DNA of 62,386 nucleotides, counting the filler. It is 15 parts of 15 records of this genome, joined end to end, with 100 filler letters (N's around TTAATTAATTAA, not from the genome) between each part and the next. Parts side by side here need not be neighbours in the genome. Positions count along the whole stretch, not along the records: positions 26,668 to 31,263 come from SRR9188676_1359; positions 31,364 to 38,064 come from SRR9188676_1370; positions 38,165 to 40,673 come from SRR9188676_1409; 12 more parts are not named here. One strand, given 5' to 3'. The notes beneath the pieces were generated by a model, which was not told where the DNA came from, made no database searches, and was given only the letters and a program-made list of their open reading frames with translations. Shown here in pieces: positions 27,026 through 40,186 of the stretch (within the stretch, counting starts at the first letter, position 1; the number at the start of each line of letters is the position of its first letter). Both the position numbers and the translations under genes were made by a program.

Positions 27026-29192
27026 TCATTGAGCGAGTTCCGCAGGGTAGTCGAACGAAGCATCAGGGAAATAGTTCATGAGATCATCGGAAGAATTGGT
27101 CGCTTCCAGAGGAAAATGTAATAATAATTCATTTAGAGGAGTGAGATCATCATCAACCTGCAAATGCAAACGAGCCAAAAACAAATGCAAATAATTATAG
27201 AATCAGCTAGCGGAGGGAGAGACAAGGCAATACAATATATATGATATAATAAGATATCTGAGACAATATAATCAAAGGAGACTAGGGTTACTCAGCTTAC
27301 CTGCAGAGGTGTGTCATCTGAAACAGTTGACTGTGTGTCGGTGTCCAGAGCACCGTGGTTTGACTCAGCAGGGGTGTGCAACTTGTCAGGGGTATGTCCA
27401 TCCTCGAGGGTGTGCTCTTGCAAGTCCATCCGAAAATGAAACATCGTCTCATCTTCCAGAAAGTCTTGAACTGAGCGCCTGTCAAATGCGAACTCCGCCA
27501 AAGGAGGTGAAGAAGGAGCGCTGTGCAACACATCGTGTTGGAGCAGGACATTGGCATTGGCATTGGAAGGGAATAGGGAGAGGGGTGCAGTCGCAGCAGA
27601 ACTGAGGACAGACGCCCGCTTAGCAGGAGGGGAAAATGCATCAGTGGGAGCGCTGCGCTTCATGCCCTGGACCAGAAATCAAGAGGAGGATGTTAGGAGA
27701 AAGAAGCAGAAAGGGGGAGGGGGGTTGGATGAAGCAGGTTACCGTGCGAAAAAACGTCAATGGTCTATAGAAGATTTCGGAAATCTGAAGAAAGCGGCGG
27801 ATGTGTGTGATCTGTGTGACGGCTGGGGTGCTGAACTTACAAGAGTGGTTCTTGGCATGACGTGGGCCGGGAGAATAGGATCAAAAGGAAGCAGCTGACC
27901 AAGGGAAGGTACAGGATATGGCACAGCGTACGGCAGATGATAGGGTGCAAAGTGGGTCACAGGGCGTGCAGGCACCGGGGAAGGGGCCGCGTAGCTGTGA
28001 TCAAGGAAAGGCACAATCTGTGTAGGGTGAAACTGGGGAAGCACTTGGCCAGGCAGGGGGCCAGCGAGGAGCAGCCCTGGGAGCGGCCACATGCCTTGGG
28101 GCTGAATTGGATTATAGAGGATAGAGAGAAGGGGGAGGGAGAGAGCTGAGTCCTAGCGTAAAGTGAAGCCGAGTGAGCCTTTTCTTTCTTTCTTTCTTTC
28201 TTTGTGTGCTTGTTGTATGGTTGTACGACAACAAAAGAAGAAGCAAACAACGTGTTACCTGAGAAGGGGTGAGTTGAGCAAGCTGAGGGGGAATGTTTAG
28301 CCCAGGAAAGTTGGGAAGGGCAGGCAGGTCAGCAGCTGGAGCAAACGGGGGGGATATGGGTGAGGAAGGAGGGAGAGGGCCGAGCGCTTGGAGTGGAGGA
28401 AGAGCATCATTGAACACTGCGTGCATCCCAGCAGGGGGCGGTGTGCCTGGCGCGGACACAGGAGACGTCGGGATTTCGAGAAGATCCTCAAGTTGCTGAG
28501 CTGGAAGGTAAGCAGCCAGTGTCGTTTGTGGTACTCTCGTCGGAACAGAGGGTTTCTGTCGAAACAAGAGAAAGAGAAGCGGCGGTTTGTACATTAGAAA
28601 ATTAAAAATGGTTAAAAATTGTCTTTGCTCCTGCCAAAAATCCGAAACAAGAACAATGCGACCATCGAATGTTGACGTGTTGATAGAGATAAGAAATGAG
28701 ACAAGAACTTCTCAAAATAAAGGTTCTCAGAGCAAGTAGAGAGAAGACGGAGGCACAGTTTGTAAGGACGCCCAAGAAACTTACGGATGAGATCATGGTG
28801 AATAAATCGCTGCTGCCACAAACACGGCTACCATATCTTGCTTGTAGGAAATACATCTTATTTCCCTTCCCAGTTCCATCGAGCCTGAACTCTTGGGAAT
28901 CGAACCTGATGAACCGAGAACCATCTGGATCGCTTTGAAGGCCAAACGGGCTGTTTTTTGTTATCGTCTTAACATTGCTTGGTTGCGAGAGCAGATACAT
29001 GCAGAGGTGAATCTCCAGTTGGGGGTTGTCGAGATCGACGTTGGCAGGGAGATACACCATGACCTTCGATGCGTCTGCATCCTGTGTATTGTCCAAGTCC
29101 ACGAAACGAGAAGGTTTCCCCCACACCTTCATATAATTGGACCGAACACCATAAAACTGGAGAGAAGGAACAGCTTGAACAGCAGAAGTCAT
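27026..29192 (-). CDS. Putative transcription factor: beta-rich N-terminal domain, Pro-rich middle, acidic tail
   Basis: Globular exon ending DGSRFIRFDSQEFRLDGTGKGNKMYFLQARYGSRVCGSSDLFTMISS|KP, then Pro-rich exons, MKRSAPTDAFSPPAKR (NLS-like), and an acidic/aromatic C-terminus ending in TGA. Gene structure is solid; function is inferred. Confidence 0.5.
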
Positions 29193-29696
29193 TCCAAAGT
29201 GAGAGTTGCGTTGCAGAAACTTGGAAAAGTTTGCTTTTCGGATGTTCAAATGCAACATCTCATACCTTCATACCCTCCCATAAATTAGATCCCAAGCTTG
29301 GGGCTCTATCACTCAAGACTGCTTTTGATCATCAAGATTTCAAAACAAATTCGAGGGATCCACGTCGGTTTCCTGAGCAGTCTCCAGTTTTTTATTTCCT
29401 CCTGACATTATGAGTCACCAGCCAGATCCTTCTTCCTCACATTTTTCGAATATCAGCGTGTATCTGTTGAGTTTCAGCGACGGAACGCATCAGTTTTGGT
29501 GCCGACTGCCGACCTAGCCCTGAATTAGACAACTATCATCCCCTTTCTAGAAGCCTGTTCGAACAAGTGATCTGTAAACAAAAGATCTTTGGATATGACA
29601 ATCCTCCCAATCTAAAAATTGTTCAAAACAAAACCTTTCGCAGGCCGTGTCGGTTGTTCGATTCTCGATGAATGAAACCTGATTGGCGCATACAGT

Positions 29697-31213
29697 ATGG
29701 TCAATTATCGATCACACATTCGGCCTGCGCCTCAACCAGAGTTTCTCTGGGACCAGAAAAAGAAGCCACTAGATCTATCTGTCTGCTCTCTATCAGCACC
29801 TGGTTCGAGACAAAAGACTCTTGAGATTGGACGAGAAAGGCGAAAGACAATCTATCATGTTGACGACTATCCCTCTGGCGGGACTGTGTGCTTGTCATGT
29901 CTTGGCACGCAACCCCCGGCTCACTCCATTTCATTTGTATGTTTTCGGTTCCGTTCCCTGAATGAGCTTTGTATTTGCAAAGTTTGTTTTACTCTAAGAT
30001 GGAGTCCTATTCCATGGGCTCTTACTTGAATTGGTGATTTTGGTCGAATTGACATTCATCGTTGGATTGAACCTCTTTCGCAGATTTGAATATTCTGAAA
30101 CAGTTCGTGTATTTACGCTGACAAAAACTATTTCAGCTCATCTCTTCATTATTTTCCGGTCGCTGTCTCACTGGAAATGTGGATCCCTTCTCCCCATTCC
30201 CGTATGCAGCCGATCTGCCGATGTGGACCAATTGCACCCAAGTCCATTGGTGGTCCTGGTCCTCCCCCAGAGCTAGAGCCCAATGAGCCCCCCCCACCAC
30301 CCACCCACATTCCAGCTGAGCTCACACAGCCCATCCACACGCAAAACCTCTACCAAAAACCCGCTTTCCCCTCCAACAAATTCTCCTCCTTGACCTCCAA
30401 CAGACCGTCTACTTCACCACACCCATCCAAACGAACCAGCTCATTCATTCAAACAAACCACATTCCTCCTCGCCCCTCCACACAACATCACACCTCGATG
30501 CGAGCACAAACTCAGAATTTCGCTTCCTCTCCCTCTCCATCCCCCTCACTGTCCCCCTCCCCGTCCTCATCCCCTTTTCCTTCCCCGCCCATGCCCAACA
30601 TGTCCTCTAACTCATCCATGTCCATGTCTATGTCGATGAAACCTCGGCCGAAAACCAGTCTCGGAACATCATCAACATCATCGAATCAGGCGCAGCAGAT
30701 GACCAACATCAATTCGCTGCCCATATCCAAAAAGACCACTACGATATGGGGCATGGCCATACCTGCCCCCGACCTGGAATATGCTCGCAATACTACTTCC
30801 ACTATTATGGAGCACAATCTTCATACAACTGGTTCTCGAGATATGTTTTTATCTACACCTGTTGGACAGCACATCTCGACTGTGTCTGTTACACGTCACG
30901 CCGCTACGTCAGCAATCCATCCAAATACCACGACATCCAGTCACTATCAGTCCCAATATCAGACTTTTAATGGTCTCAGTACTACCAGTCTTGACCAGAA
31001 TGGCATTGCCACACAGGGGGGGGCGTTCGAGCGGGTAACCAGGGGGGTAGGGGGGGTAAGTGTGCCAGGGGAATCTGGGGACCTGTATGGGTATGGAATG
31101 GAGTTTGGTACGGGGTTTGGTACGGGGTATGAGCGGCCACGACCCAAGTCCGAGTGCACCATGAGACCCAAACCTGGTGCTCTGCGAAGAAAAGAAATGG
31201 GCCTGCGTCCTCG
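29697..31213 (+). CDS. Hypothetical Pro/Ser/Thr-rich low-complexity protein (3' partial)
   Basis: ATG at 29697, an open frame over 1 kb (30177-31213), and a GTACAT donor at 31214. Confidence 0.6.
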
Positions 31214-31235
31214 GTACATAATCCCATCATATATC

Positions 31236-31263
31236 TTCTATGACCCTCTCCACGACGACCATT
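31236..31263 (+). repeat. Dispersed intronic repeat, copy B
   Basis: TTCTATGACCCTCTCCACGACGACCATT at the contig end, about 22 nt after a splice donor. Confidence 0.85.
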
Positions 31264-31363
31264 NNNNNNNNNNNNNNNNNNNNNNNNNNNNNNNNNNNNN
31301 NNNNNNNTTAATTAATTAANNNNNNNNNNNNNNNNNNNNNNNNNNNNNNNNNNNNNNNNNNNN

Positions 31364-34300
31364 GGGAGAGTACCCGGAGAGCCAGCGGGGGCGCGAGTGC
31401 CGAGGGTGTGGTGCAGCATGGACACCATGATCTCGACAGCGAGGGCGGCTGCGATGGGGGCGAGGCCAGGCCGCGTCACCGTGCACTGCTGGTCGAGCGT
31501 ACGCCCACTCATAGAGTCCAGAGGCGCAACCACATCATTACAAAAGTAGCATCCGAGCCGCTCAGTGCATCCGCTTGCTGACTCATTCTCAGATCTAGAA
31601 AAGAAAAAAAGGAAAATAAACTCCACAAATCCGAGGAGACATGCCAGCATCATTGGAGTAAATCCGAAGCAGTAAACGAGTGGTTAGTGGGCTTACCCAT
31701 CGGCAGGAATACCGTTGCCGTGGCGCATGACCAGGAAGGAATCGAATGCAAGTGCGGAATTGATGGCGATCTTGTTCTTCGCGGCGCACATGAGAGTGGG
31801 CAGCCATCGCGACTCGCGTGTGTCGGTGCCGATGAACACCACGTCGTGCTCGTCTATCATGCGGTCGAGTGCAGCCACTGCCTCGCTCACGCTGTCGGCC
31901 TCGGCGTCTCCGACAGGATGGCCCGGCATGGGGATGGACAGCACAATTCCCTTGGCAATCACTCCAGGGAAAATCTCTTGGAGACTCTCGGCAGCGGCCT
32001 CGGCCTTGAACCTCCCTGCGACGTAAATGAATGGGCAACTTGAAATGGATTAAATGCTGTGAAATCATGTTGAGTGTGATGAGAAAAAGAACCATGATAG
32101 ATAACACGGACTTTGGGCGAGATTGGATAAATCAATCAACATAGCGATGAAATGGTAATCTGCTTTGATGGCAAAATTGAAGGAAAAGGCAGAAAATTTC
32201 GGTGTCGGGGAAAGCTAAGACATCAAATGTCAAAGACTGGTTATGTAATGAGGCACTGTTACCTTCTTGAGCATGTTTTGCAGTGAGCAGGGACTGGCGG
32301 ACGGGGTTGGAGTGGCTGACGCGGCCAGAGTCCACCATGGTGATGGTGCGCACACCCCAGCCCAACAGTGTGCGCGAAACGGAGCAGCCCAGCGTGCCCG
32401 CACCCAGCAGCAGGCACCGGCACTGCGAGATCTTGTCAGTGTCCAACGACGGTAGCACTCGCCACCGCATCAGCTTCAGGTTCAGATCAACCGCGGTTTC
32501 TACGTGTTTACGAGAAGGAATACAAAAAGAAGAATAGGTCGTTATTTTTGTCAGGACGAGAAACTGGACCCGCACGAGTCCATGAGGTCCATTCGGAGTG
32601 CTGTAAATATGACTTTAGAACACGAGTTGAAGATCAATTAGAGGCTTTTCTGGTTCTACAAAACACCCGCAAAAAGAGGGTCCTATATCTTTGCAATTTT
32701 CAGCAAGATGACAAAAAGGGTGCACGACCTAAGGGCACAGCCAAACTTCGCTGGACAGACGTGTTGTAGCTAAATCGAATACATCGTGGCCATTTTGCGG
32801 GTGATATAGAGAATGAAAATTGCCAACAGAATCACTGATTGTATTAGCAAGAATGCGGGTGTGATCAGGCTACAGATCACATCAAGGAAGTCATCAGATC
32901 ACATCTATCTTGCTGGTGAGTTAATGAGACCACAAAATAAGGAAAAGGGAACAGAGTATATATAATAATAAGAGGGAAAAAAACACAACAGCCTGACGTA
33001 TTAGTGATCGAGAAGTGATAATACCGTACCAGCCAGAAGCTTGTGGTCCATCATGGGAGCGAGATCCACCACGCGCGGAGCAAGCTTGCCTGCAGAGGTT
33101 CTCTCCCATCCAACAGCTTTAGGCTCGGTAAGCACTGAGGCCCCCGGCAGTTGGCACTGCATAATGCATGACTTGGAAATATCCGCAGCCTGCATAGCGG
33201 CGAGGATTCAAAATTGATAGAGAAACGGAGCAGTAGCAAATACAAATCTATATTCTAGGTCATAGATAAACCACCAAAAAAGCAATGGAAGAGGAGGAGG
33301 GGAGAATAATAAAAAAAAGAATTCTGGAGTTTTGAAGAAGTAAACATCGAAAGTTTGATGCTGGTTTTAGCCCAAACAGAGTACAGTGCGCTTGATGCAG
33401 ACAATCTTGACATACTTGTGGGCGATAACATATGATGTTGACAGTAGCAAGGCCACGGGTGCAGGCTAGTGCGAGGAGATTGCGCAGCGGCCAGCCGGGA
33501 TTCTTCGCGAGAGGACATGGATCGACGAAGGCCAGGTAGCATTCACAATCGCCTGAGCTAAATACCTGTGATACAAGACAGTTAGAAAATAAAATGTGGA
33601 TTAATGAACAAAGAATCCATCATTCTGGGGTCTCTCTTGAGCCTACCTCATCCCATTGCGACAATGGACAAGCTTTGACCTCCTGATGACAAACACGAAC
33701 AAGGAAAGCGGCATTATCGGCACCAGAAGTGTACCATTCCTCAGGGGTATATCTTGTTTGACCCCCAGTCAGTACTGTAAAACTGCGAGACAATGCAGTC
33801 TGCTGGCCATCGCTGAATGTCTTGGAAATGGGCTCTAATTCGCTTGCCTGAGAAATAAAAGCCAAGCTAAGAGGACATGATTCGCATAATTTTTTGAAGG
33901 AGTTCATACTTCAAGGCCAGGCAAAGACAACGCGGGGAATGCAAACCAGTAGGTGAACTTCCACGTTTTGAGATCGGCGTACACTAACAACCCGAAACGG
34001 TTGAGGAGCGAAGGGCTTCGAAGAGCTGCTCCGGATTGGATATCTTGTGAAACTTGTACACCCAAATTAGCCAGATATGTATTTTTATCAAAATCACGGA
34101 ATGCATCCATAGTGTTGAAGACCTTGACACTGCCTGGCGCTTTATAGTGATTCACTGGAATATTCCCCTCTATGATGGTGACAAATAACCATAAATAAGA
34201 TTAAAAGTAGTAGAGAATAGGACTTTGGTACCATTTTCCGTGCAAATCGATTGGCGATCGACTGAGAAGCATGATGGGGTTTGATGTGTAAGATCTGCAG

Positions 34301-34427
34301 CTGTATAGTGCCCTTCCAGGTATACATCGTTTTCGCTCAGTTTCAAATGATCAAGCTTGTGATTAGCAAGATGTTGCCAGAATGCAACCTCCACAAAGGA
34401 ATTAAATGGTTGAAATTGGAGAGACAT
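31364..34427 (-). CDS. ATG7: Ubiquitin-like modifier-activating enzyme ATG7 (3' partial)
   Basis: [47 protein letters not shown]...[43 protein letters not shown]; catalytic [11 protein letters not shown]. All introns GT-AG. Confidence 0.98.
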
Positions 34428-34572
34428 GAGAATGTGGCAGCAGCGCAGGGCGAAAATTGTTCTTTTCCCTGACGGTATAGCGGTTGAATGTGGATCCCCC
34501 TATTTTAGTTTACGGTTGTAATCCAGAAAACAAACTTTTCTTGGGGGGTGATGATGAATACGTGAGGTGGAC

Positions 34573-37500
34573 GATGAGCGCGTTCCTTCACTCTCTTCCG
34601 CCTGGTCAAACTGGTTCTGAACGACAATGCCCATCTCGAATCACTTCTCGTCCCTTAAGCTCACGCGAAACTACATGCTTTAACCCAATCTTTCATTCTG
34701 TTCGACAATATGGCACTCTTGCAGCCACCACCCTTACCTCTCGAACCAAGAGCTCTGTTATCACTGAATCTGTCCCTTCTCGCTTGTCATACCTTGCTAG
34801 AATTCAGAAACCTACACCTACAAACACATTTTCTTCGAAATGGTTCGATATCCAGTCCCTGCTCTCGAATCCTTCGCGACTGCTTAGCGGTGCATTTCTT
34901 GCTTTATCCTTCTTGTATTTTCTTCTTTTAAGGTATCTTCTGCTTCATTCATCTCATTTTGATCTTACCCTGATTTATTTTTCCCCTGATTCGTGCTCTT
35001 TTTGTTCGCACTAAAAGTCCATCTGGATTAGTACGACGATGGTGGAGGTAATGTTCAGTTTAACCCGATCGTTCATAACTAAATTATTTTTTAGGAAACC
35101 TGCAAGTGATACAGAGCCTCATTTTTCTCACCATCGACCCCAGGTTTTTTTTGCTTTATTAGCATTCATGGATCATGCATCTCTTACCTTCTCATCTACA
35201 GCAAGGCACCTCCAGCGGGTCTACATTTGATGATGAAAATCTTCAACTTGAAGGCTATTTATATACTGATCTTACTGCCAAGGTACATGCTCAATTATTT
35301 TGTTGAAATTGGACACATGATCTTATTGAATGATTAGATGCAAGCTCTCCGCGACAAGGGACAAGATTTTCGACCTCATGGGAGAGAAACAAATGTTGAT
35401 CGTGCACTTGAAGTATTAAATAACACTGGTTCGCCGAACAATGCGATCCTGGTGGGAGAGAGCGGGGCGGGGCGTGGGGTGATTGCGGAGGCCATTGCCG
35501 ACCGCATTGTGCGCGGCACCGTGCCCCCGAGACTAAAGAATGCCCGTGTCCTATCAATTGATGTCCATCGCCTGAATGCGGATGCGCATCGAGATGTAGA
35601 TTTATTATCTGAAATCAGCAAAGAGGAACGGAAACGAGTGAAAGGTATATGAGGACAAAATCGAAAGGATTATAGATGGTTGAAGGGAACCAAATTTTCC
35701 GCATTTTTTAATATTATTATTGCTCATTTCACTGATATGAACCCCTCTTCACATCGCTTTCATCTTCCAAAGGACAAAACACTCGTAAACCACTCACCCC
35801 TGTCATTTTTCTGTCCGGTAGAAGCCTCGAAAGCGAAGAAGGCAGCTTCTCCCGGAGCGTCAACAGGGGCGTCAACAGGGGCGTCAGTTCCTTCAACTCC
35901 GCCACGCCCGTCTCCTGTAATTCTGTTTTTCAACGATGTCCATTACATCATGGCGACTGGTTCAGCAAATTCTGTTTCCCCCGCCACACATACACTTCGG
36001 ATGGCCCTTGAAGATCGTGATTTTGCTGTGCTGGCAACCTCCACTCCGAAGGACTTCGAAAAAGCTTCTTCCAAGGTAGATTTCCCTTCTTCACCGTGGA
36101 GCAGGATTCACAAATGATTTCCCTTCTTCATCAGGATGAAGCGATGAAACGACTATTTCATACAATTTCCATCGATGGTCTGGATGCGACGTCCAGCAAG
36201 GCAGTACTCTCAGCCTCAGTGAACCAGTTCCGTCAGCAGCACCGTGTCGAAATCCAGGACTCCGCCGTGCAGAGTGCCATTCGCTTGGCCCAGGTATCTC
36301 AAGCTTGTTGTAGTCTCTCGAATCGATAAAAGTTTCCCTCCTCGTCTTTTCTTCCGAATGTGAATGTGGATTCAATTACATGTATCTCTTTCTTCTCTAG
36401 GATTTATTCCCAAGCCGACGTAACCCCGGGATGGCCCGAGAGCTGCTGGCCTTGGCGAGCAGCAAGGCGGAGGTAGGGGGGAGTGAAGCCGTGACCGAGG
36501 AAACAATTGCCAAGGTGGTGGCCGACCTCACTGGATCCTCAAGTGTGTGCTCCTCTGTTTTGGCCCCCCCTTTTTTTGGATCTCAATATTTTTCCCTTCT
36601 TTCTAGGTGATTTATTCCTTAGCGAACAGGATCGCGAGCGTTTGCGTGATCTGGAAACAATTCTTGGGTCCAGCGTTGTTGGACAGTCGCTTGCGGTCCG
36701 CGCGGTTGCCGATGCCATGCGCCGTGCCCGCACCGCTATCCATGATCCGAACCGCCCCCTCGGCGCATTCCTTTTCACTGGACCCACGGGTGTCGGGAAG
36801 GTAGATGTCATGAATTTTCTCAGCTTTCCCTCTCTTTGTCCACTATTGTATTGTATCGGACTCGATGATCTACGTTCTCTACTTACGTGCCTTCTCGGTT
36901 TTCTAGACTGAATTGGCTAAAGCGATCGCAGACGCCATGTTTGGGGGCCAGAAGCACATGCTCATGCTGAACATGAACGAGTTCGCAGCCAGCCATGAGG
37001 TATCCCGTCTGATCGGTGCGCCTCCGGGGTATGCGGGCCATGACGAGGGAGGCCAGTTGACCGAGGGCCTCAGGCTTCGCCCGAACTCATTGGTGCTCCT
37101 GGATGAAGTCGAAAAGGCCCATCCAAAGGTAACATATAGTGTCACTTTCCGAACGTTCTCCGCTCATTGTTCCGAACAGATCCTTCAAGCTTTCACACTA
37201 AGCTTCCTATCATGAGCATGTAACTCGACGGATTTCATCTTCAGATACATGTAACTCGACGGATTTCATCTGGGGATACATGATTCAGTGTCACAAAAAT
37301 TCAGAATGGCTCTCATCTGAGTTTCTCATCCGCCTAAGTCATTTGTATTTTCATTGTATTTATTTTCATCTCGTATGCTCCTCCGGAGCAGGTGTTCTCC
37401 GCAGATGGAATCGTATGAGAATGATCATTTGATGCGATGTTCAACGATCTAATCCTACTATTTTTCGTGTCCATGCAAACCCTATTTCAACCAGATTTTC

Positions 37501-37845
37501 GATGTTCTCCTGCATGTATTCGACGAGGGACGCCTCACCGATGGTAAAGGGAACATTGTTGATTGTAAACGAGCTCTGTTCGTGATGACTTCCAATCTTG
37601 GATCTGCGGAGCTTATGCAAGTGATCCGACGCAAGCGAGACGAGCCTGATGATGAGCAGATGAACGGTGAGAAGGGCGAGAAGGGAGAGAAGGGTGAGAA
37701 GGGTGAGAAGCTCAGTGTGCCTGAGAACACTCTCGTAGGAGTATCAGGCGAGCGAGTGGCATCGACTAGCGAGCAAAGCTTGGGCCACGCGGACGCCGCA
37801 GCAATCACTCGCGAGCAGCGTGATAAGGAAGACATGCAACTCAAG
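34573..37845 (+). CDS. Divergent Hsp100/Clp (ClpA/ClpB-family) ATPase with N-terminal presequence and TM segment, degenerate NBD1 (3' partial)
   Basis: NBD1 remnant: YTDLTAK...[13 protein letters not shown]...[14 protein letters not shown]...VILFFNDVH. Intact NBD2: [65 protein letters not shown]. Confidence 0.9.
37217..37282 (+). repeat. 31-bp tandem duplication in a Clp intron
   Basis: CATGTAACTCGACGGATTTCATCT(TCA/GGG)GATA, two copies starting at 37217 and 37248. Confidence 0.9.
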
Positions 37846-38225
37846 GTAGGATGAAGTAGAACTCGTTTTCATGCATTCTTCTGCTTAAAACAAACAAGTT
37901 CACATACGCATCGCCACAGAACGTAATCGAACGGTTACTCACATACACTCAATGAGTGATCAACACACCCGCTGATATCCAAGAAGAACATAGAACCACA
38001 CACAACGAAAGAGGCGGGAGACAAATCGAGCGAACGAGAGAGAGAGGGAGAGAGGGAGAGAGAGNNNNNNNNNNNNNNNNNNNNNNNNNNNNNNNNNNNN
38101 NNNNNNNNTTAATTAATTAANNNNNNNNNNNNNNNNNNNNNNNNNNNNNNNNNNNNNNNNNNNNTCCCATTTTCGACCCGCTGAAGCGAAAACATCTTTA
38201 TGTAGAACTAAAATCATGCACTTAC

Positions 38226-40186
38226 TAGATGCCTCCCCCAGCATCGAGAGCCAGTGCTGGCACTCGGATTCAGTGGACAGGCGGAACTGAAATGAGCGTG
38301 AGCCGCACTCGATGGTGAACCCCTTGCTTTTCTGGTCCTTGGGCTTGTCAGAGTGGAAGTCAACTTCGCACAGTGAAATGGCGTTCAATGGGATCAAGGA
38401 TTTCTCATTTCTATTGGGAGGGGGAAAAAACAAAAAAGACGGAGGAGAAAGAGAAAGGTCATTCATTGTCTTGGTCCGATACTCAGGGACCGGGCACACA
38501 CAAAGCCCGATGCCCCCGCGAATGAAGACCTCTCGGAATTGGTCCATGCTCACTTTTTCTCCATCAAATACATAAGTTTGGCTTTTCAGAAATTGGCATT
38601 CATAGAGGTTAGATGCGTCGCTTTTCTGCTGCTTTTCCAGCCAGGTTTCTCGGACAACAGAAAATGAGAATAATCTTTGTTTCAAATCAGGGGTCTATCA
38701 TTTTGTTGGGACAATCATAGAAATCTCATCTTCAGCTGAAAAATATTCTCTCCATTCCGAAGGAAAAGTTTTGTTCGTATACCCCCCCCTCGCCCCCCGC
38801 CCGCCCCAATCGAAATGATATACTTTCTAATGCCATGCCCGTATATAGAAAGAAAGGGGGAGGGGGACGGAGAGAGAGAGTGACAAAGAGGTAAAACGAA
38901 AGATGCAAATAGATCTTATGTCTCAAGGGCGAATATAATGAAGGTATAAGTCATCATCCTAATCTTCTGCAGCAAAAATAATAAGAATTGTATGTACCCT
39001 ATATGTATATGTGAAGCGAGATCTCCCTCAGAGGAAAAGAAAAAAAAGGTCGTCATCAAGGTTGCTTTTTTCTCTGCTAAACATGTACTCATCCCATGAT
39101 AATTTAAACCGCCACCTTCACCCGCCAACGAAAGCGAAGATGCGAAATAGATTGAATGGGAAACTCAAAATCGGAGATTGAAAAAAATTACTCAGAAGAT
39201 GTCCTCCTAAGAAACCCCAAACGAAAATAAAAGTATTTGAGCAATAAGTTCCCCAAATTGCATCTTACATGAAGCAAAAAATCCGATTTCGTATTATGGA
39301 AGTTGAAAGTGATATTTCGAACTTCCAAGCACATCTTATGTTGAAAGTTATACTCGTGAAAAGTGGCGGGAAGCATCAAAGCCGAGGAATTGTGAAGGGT
39401 GTGCACCATCCATTTCCTTAACCAGGAGGTAATAATAATAAAGAAAATTATCTTTCTCTACTTTGATATAAACAAATATAAAAATAAATGTGATTGCGAT
39501 TTCGATCTGAATATGACGTACCGGAAAACATAAACGCGAAGTTTCGTCAAGACCAAGAATCGTTTGGCCCATTGTCTCTTTCCACGCTTTTGTCCTTGTC
39601 CTCGGATAATGGGGGGATTTGGCTAAAGAAGATCAAACCACACGAAAATGAGCACATGCGTTGGCTCCAGATGCAAATGAAAGAAGAGTCAAATACTGAC
39701 ATAAATTGAAAGAATTTTTCTGACTTGTTCCACATCGTAGTCCGGACGGGAAATACAATCCAGGAGTTGATGAAGAGTCTGTCGATCAAGGTCCGTTTGA
39801 CAGATCAGCTTGGACCTGCAAATTTAAAGAACGATCGATAAAAAGTTAATCATGCTATTGTAGAACACTTTTAAAAGGATTTCCATACGGTAGGCAGCGC
39901 TCAACACTTAATAAAATTACTTTGGAATCATTCTGATTTGTCGAAGCTCGTTGGATCGATTGGAATGAGATTTCACTGACTTTGGTTTCCTGAGAAGAGT
40001 CCAGGTTAGAAAATACTGGAGAAAATATGACAAAATTATTAATAGTGTTAATACCTTGACATATACATTAATAACTTTGGTTTTGAAATCAAAATGGAAC
40101 AACCGTGGCTCATCTGAAGATTTTCCTTCTTCACGAACGCACACCCCGAAGTAGCAAACATCGTTTGCAAAAGCGGCGTCAGCCAT
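38226..40186 (-). CDS. Tandem PH-domain protein (3' partial)
   Basis: Second domain: PPIIRGQGQKRGKRQWAKRFLVLTKLRVYVFR|NEKSLIPLNAISL...FTIECGSRSFQFRLSTESECQHWLSMLGEA. The first domain is PH-like (PRLFHFDFKTKVINVY...DRQTLHQLL). Confidence 0.8.
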
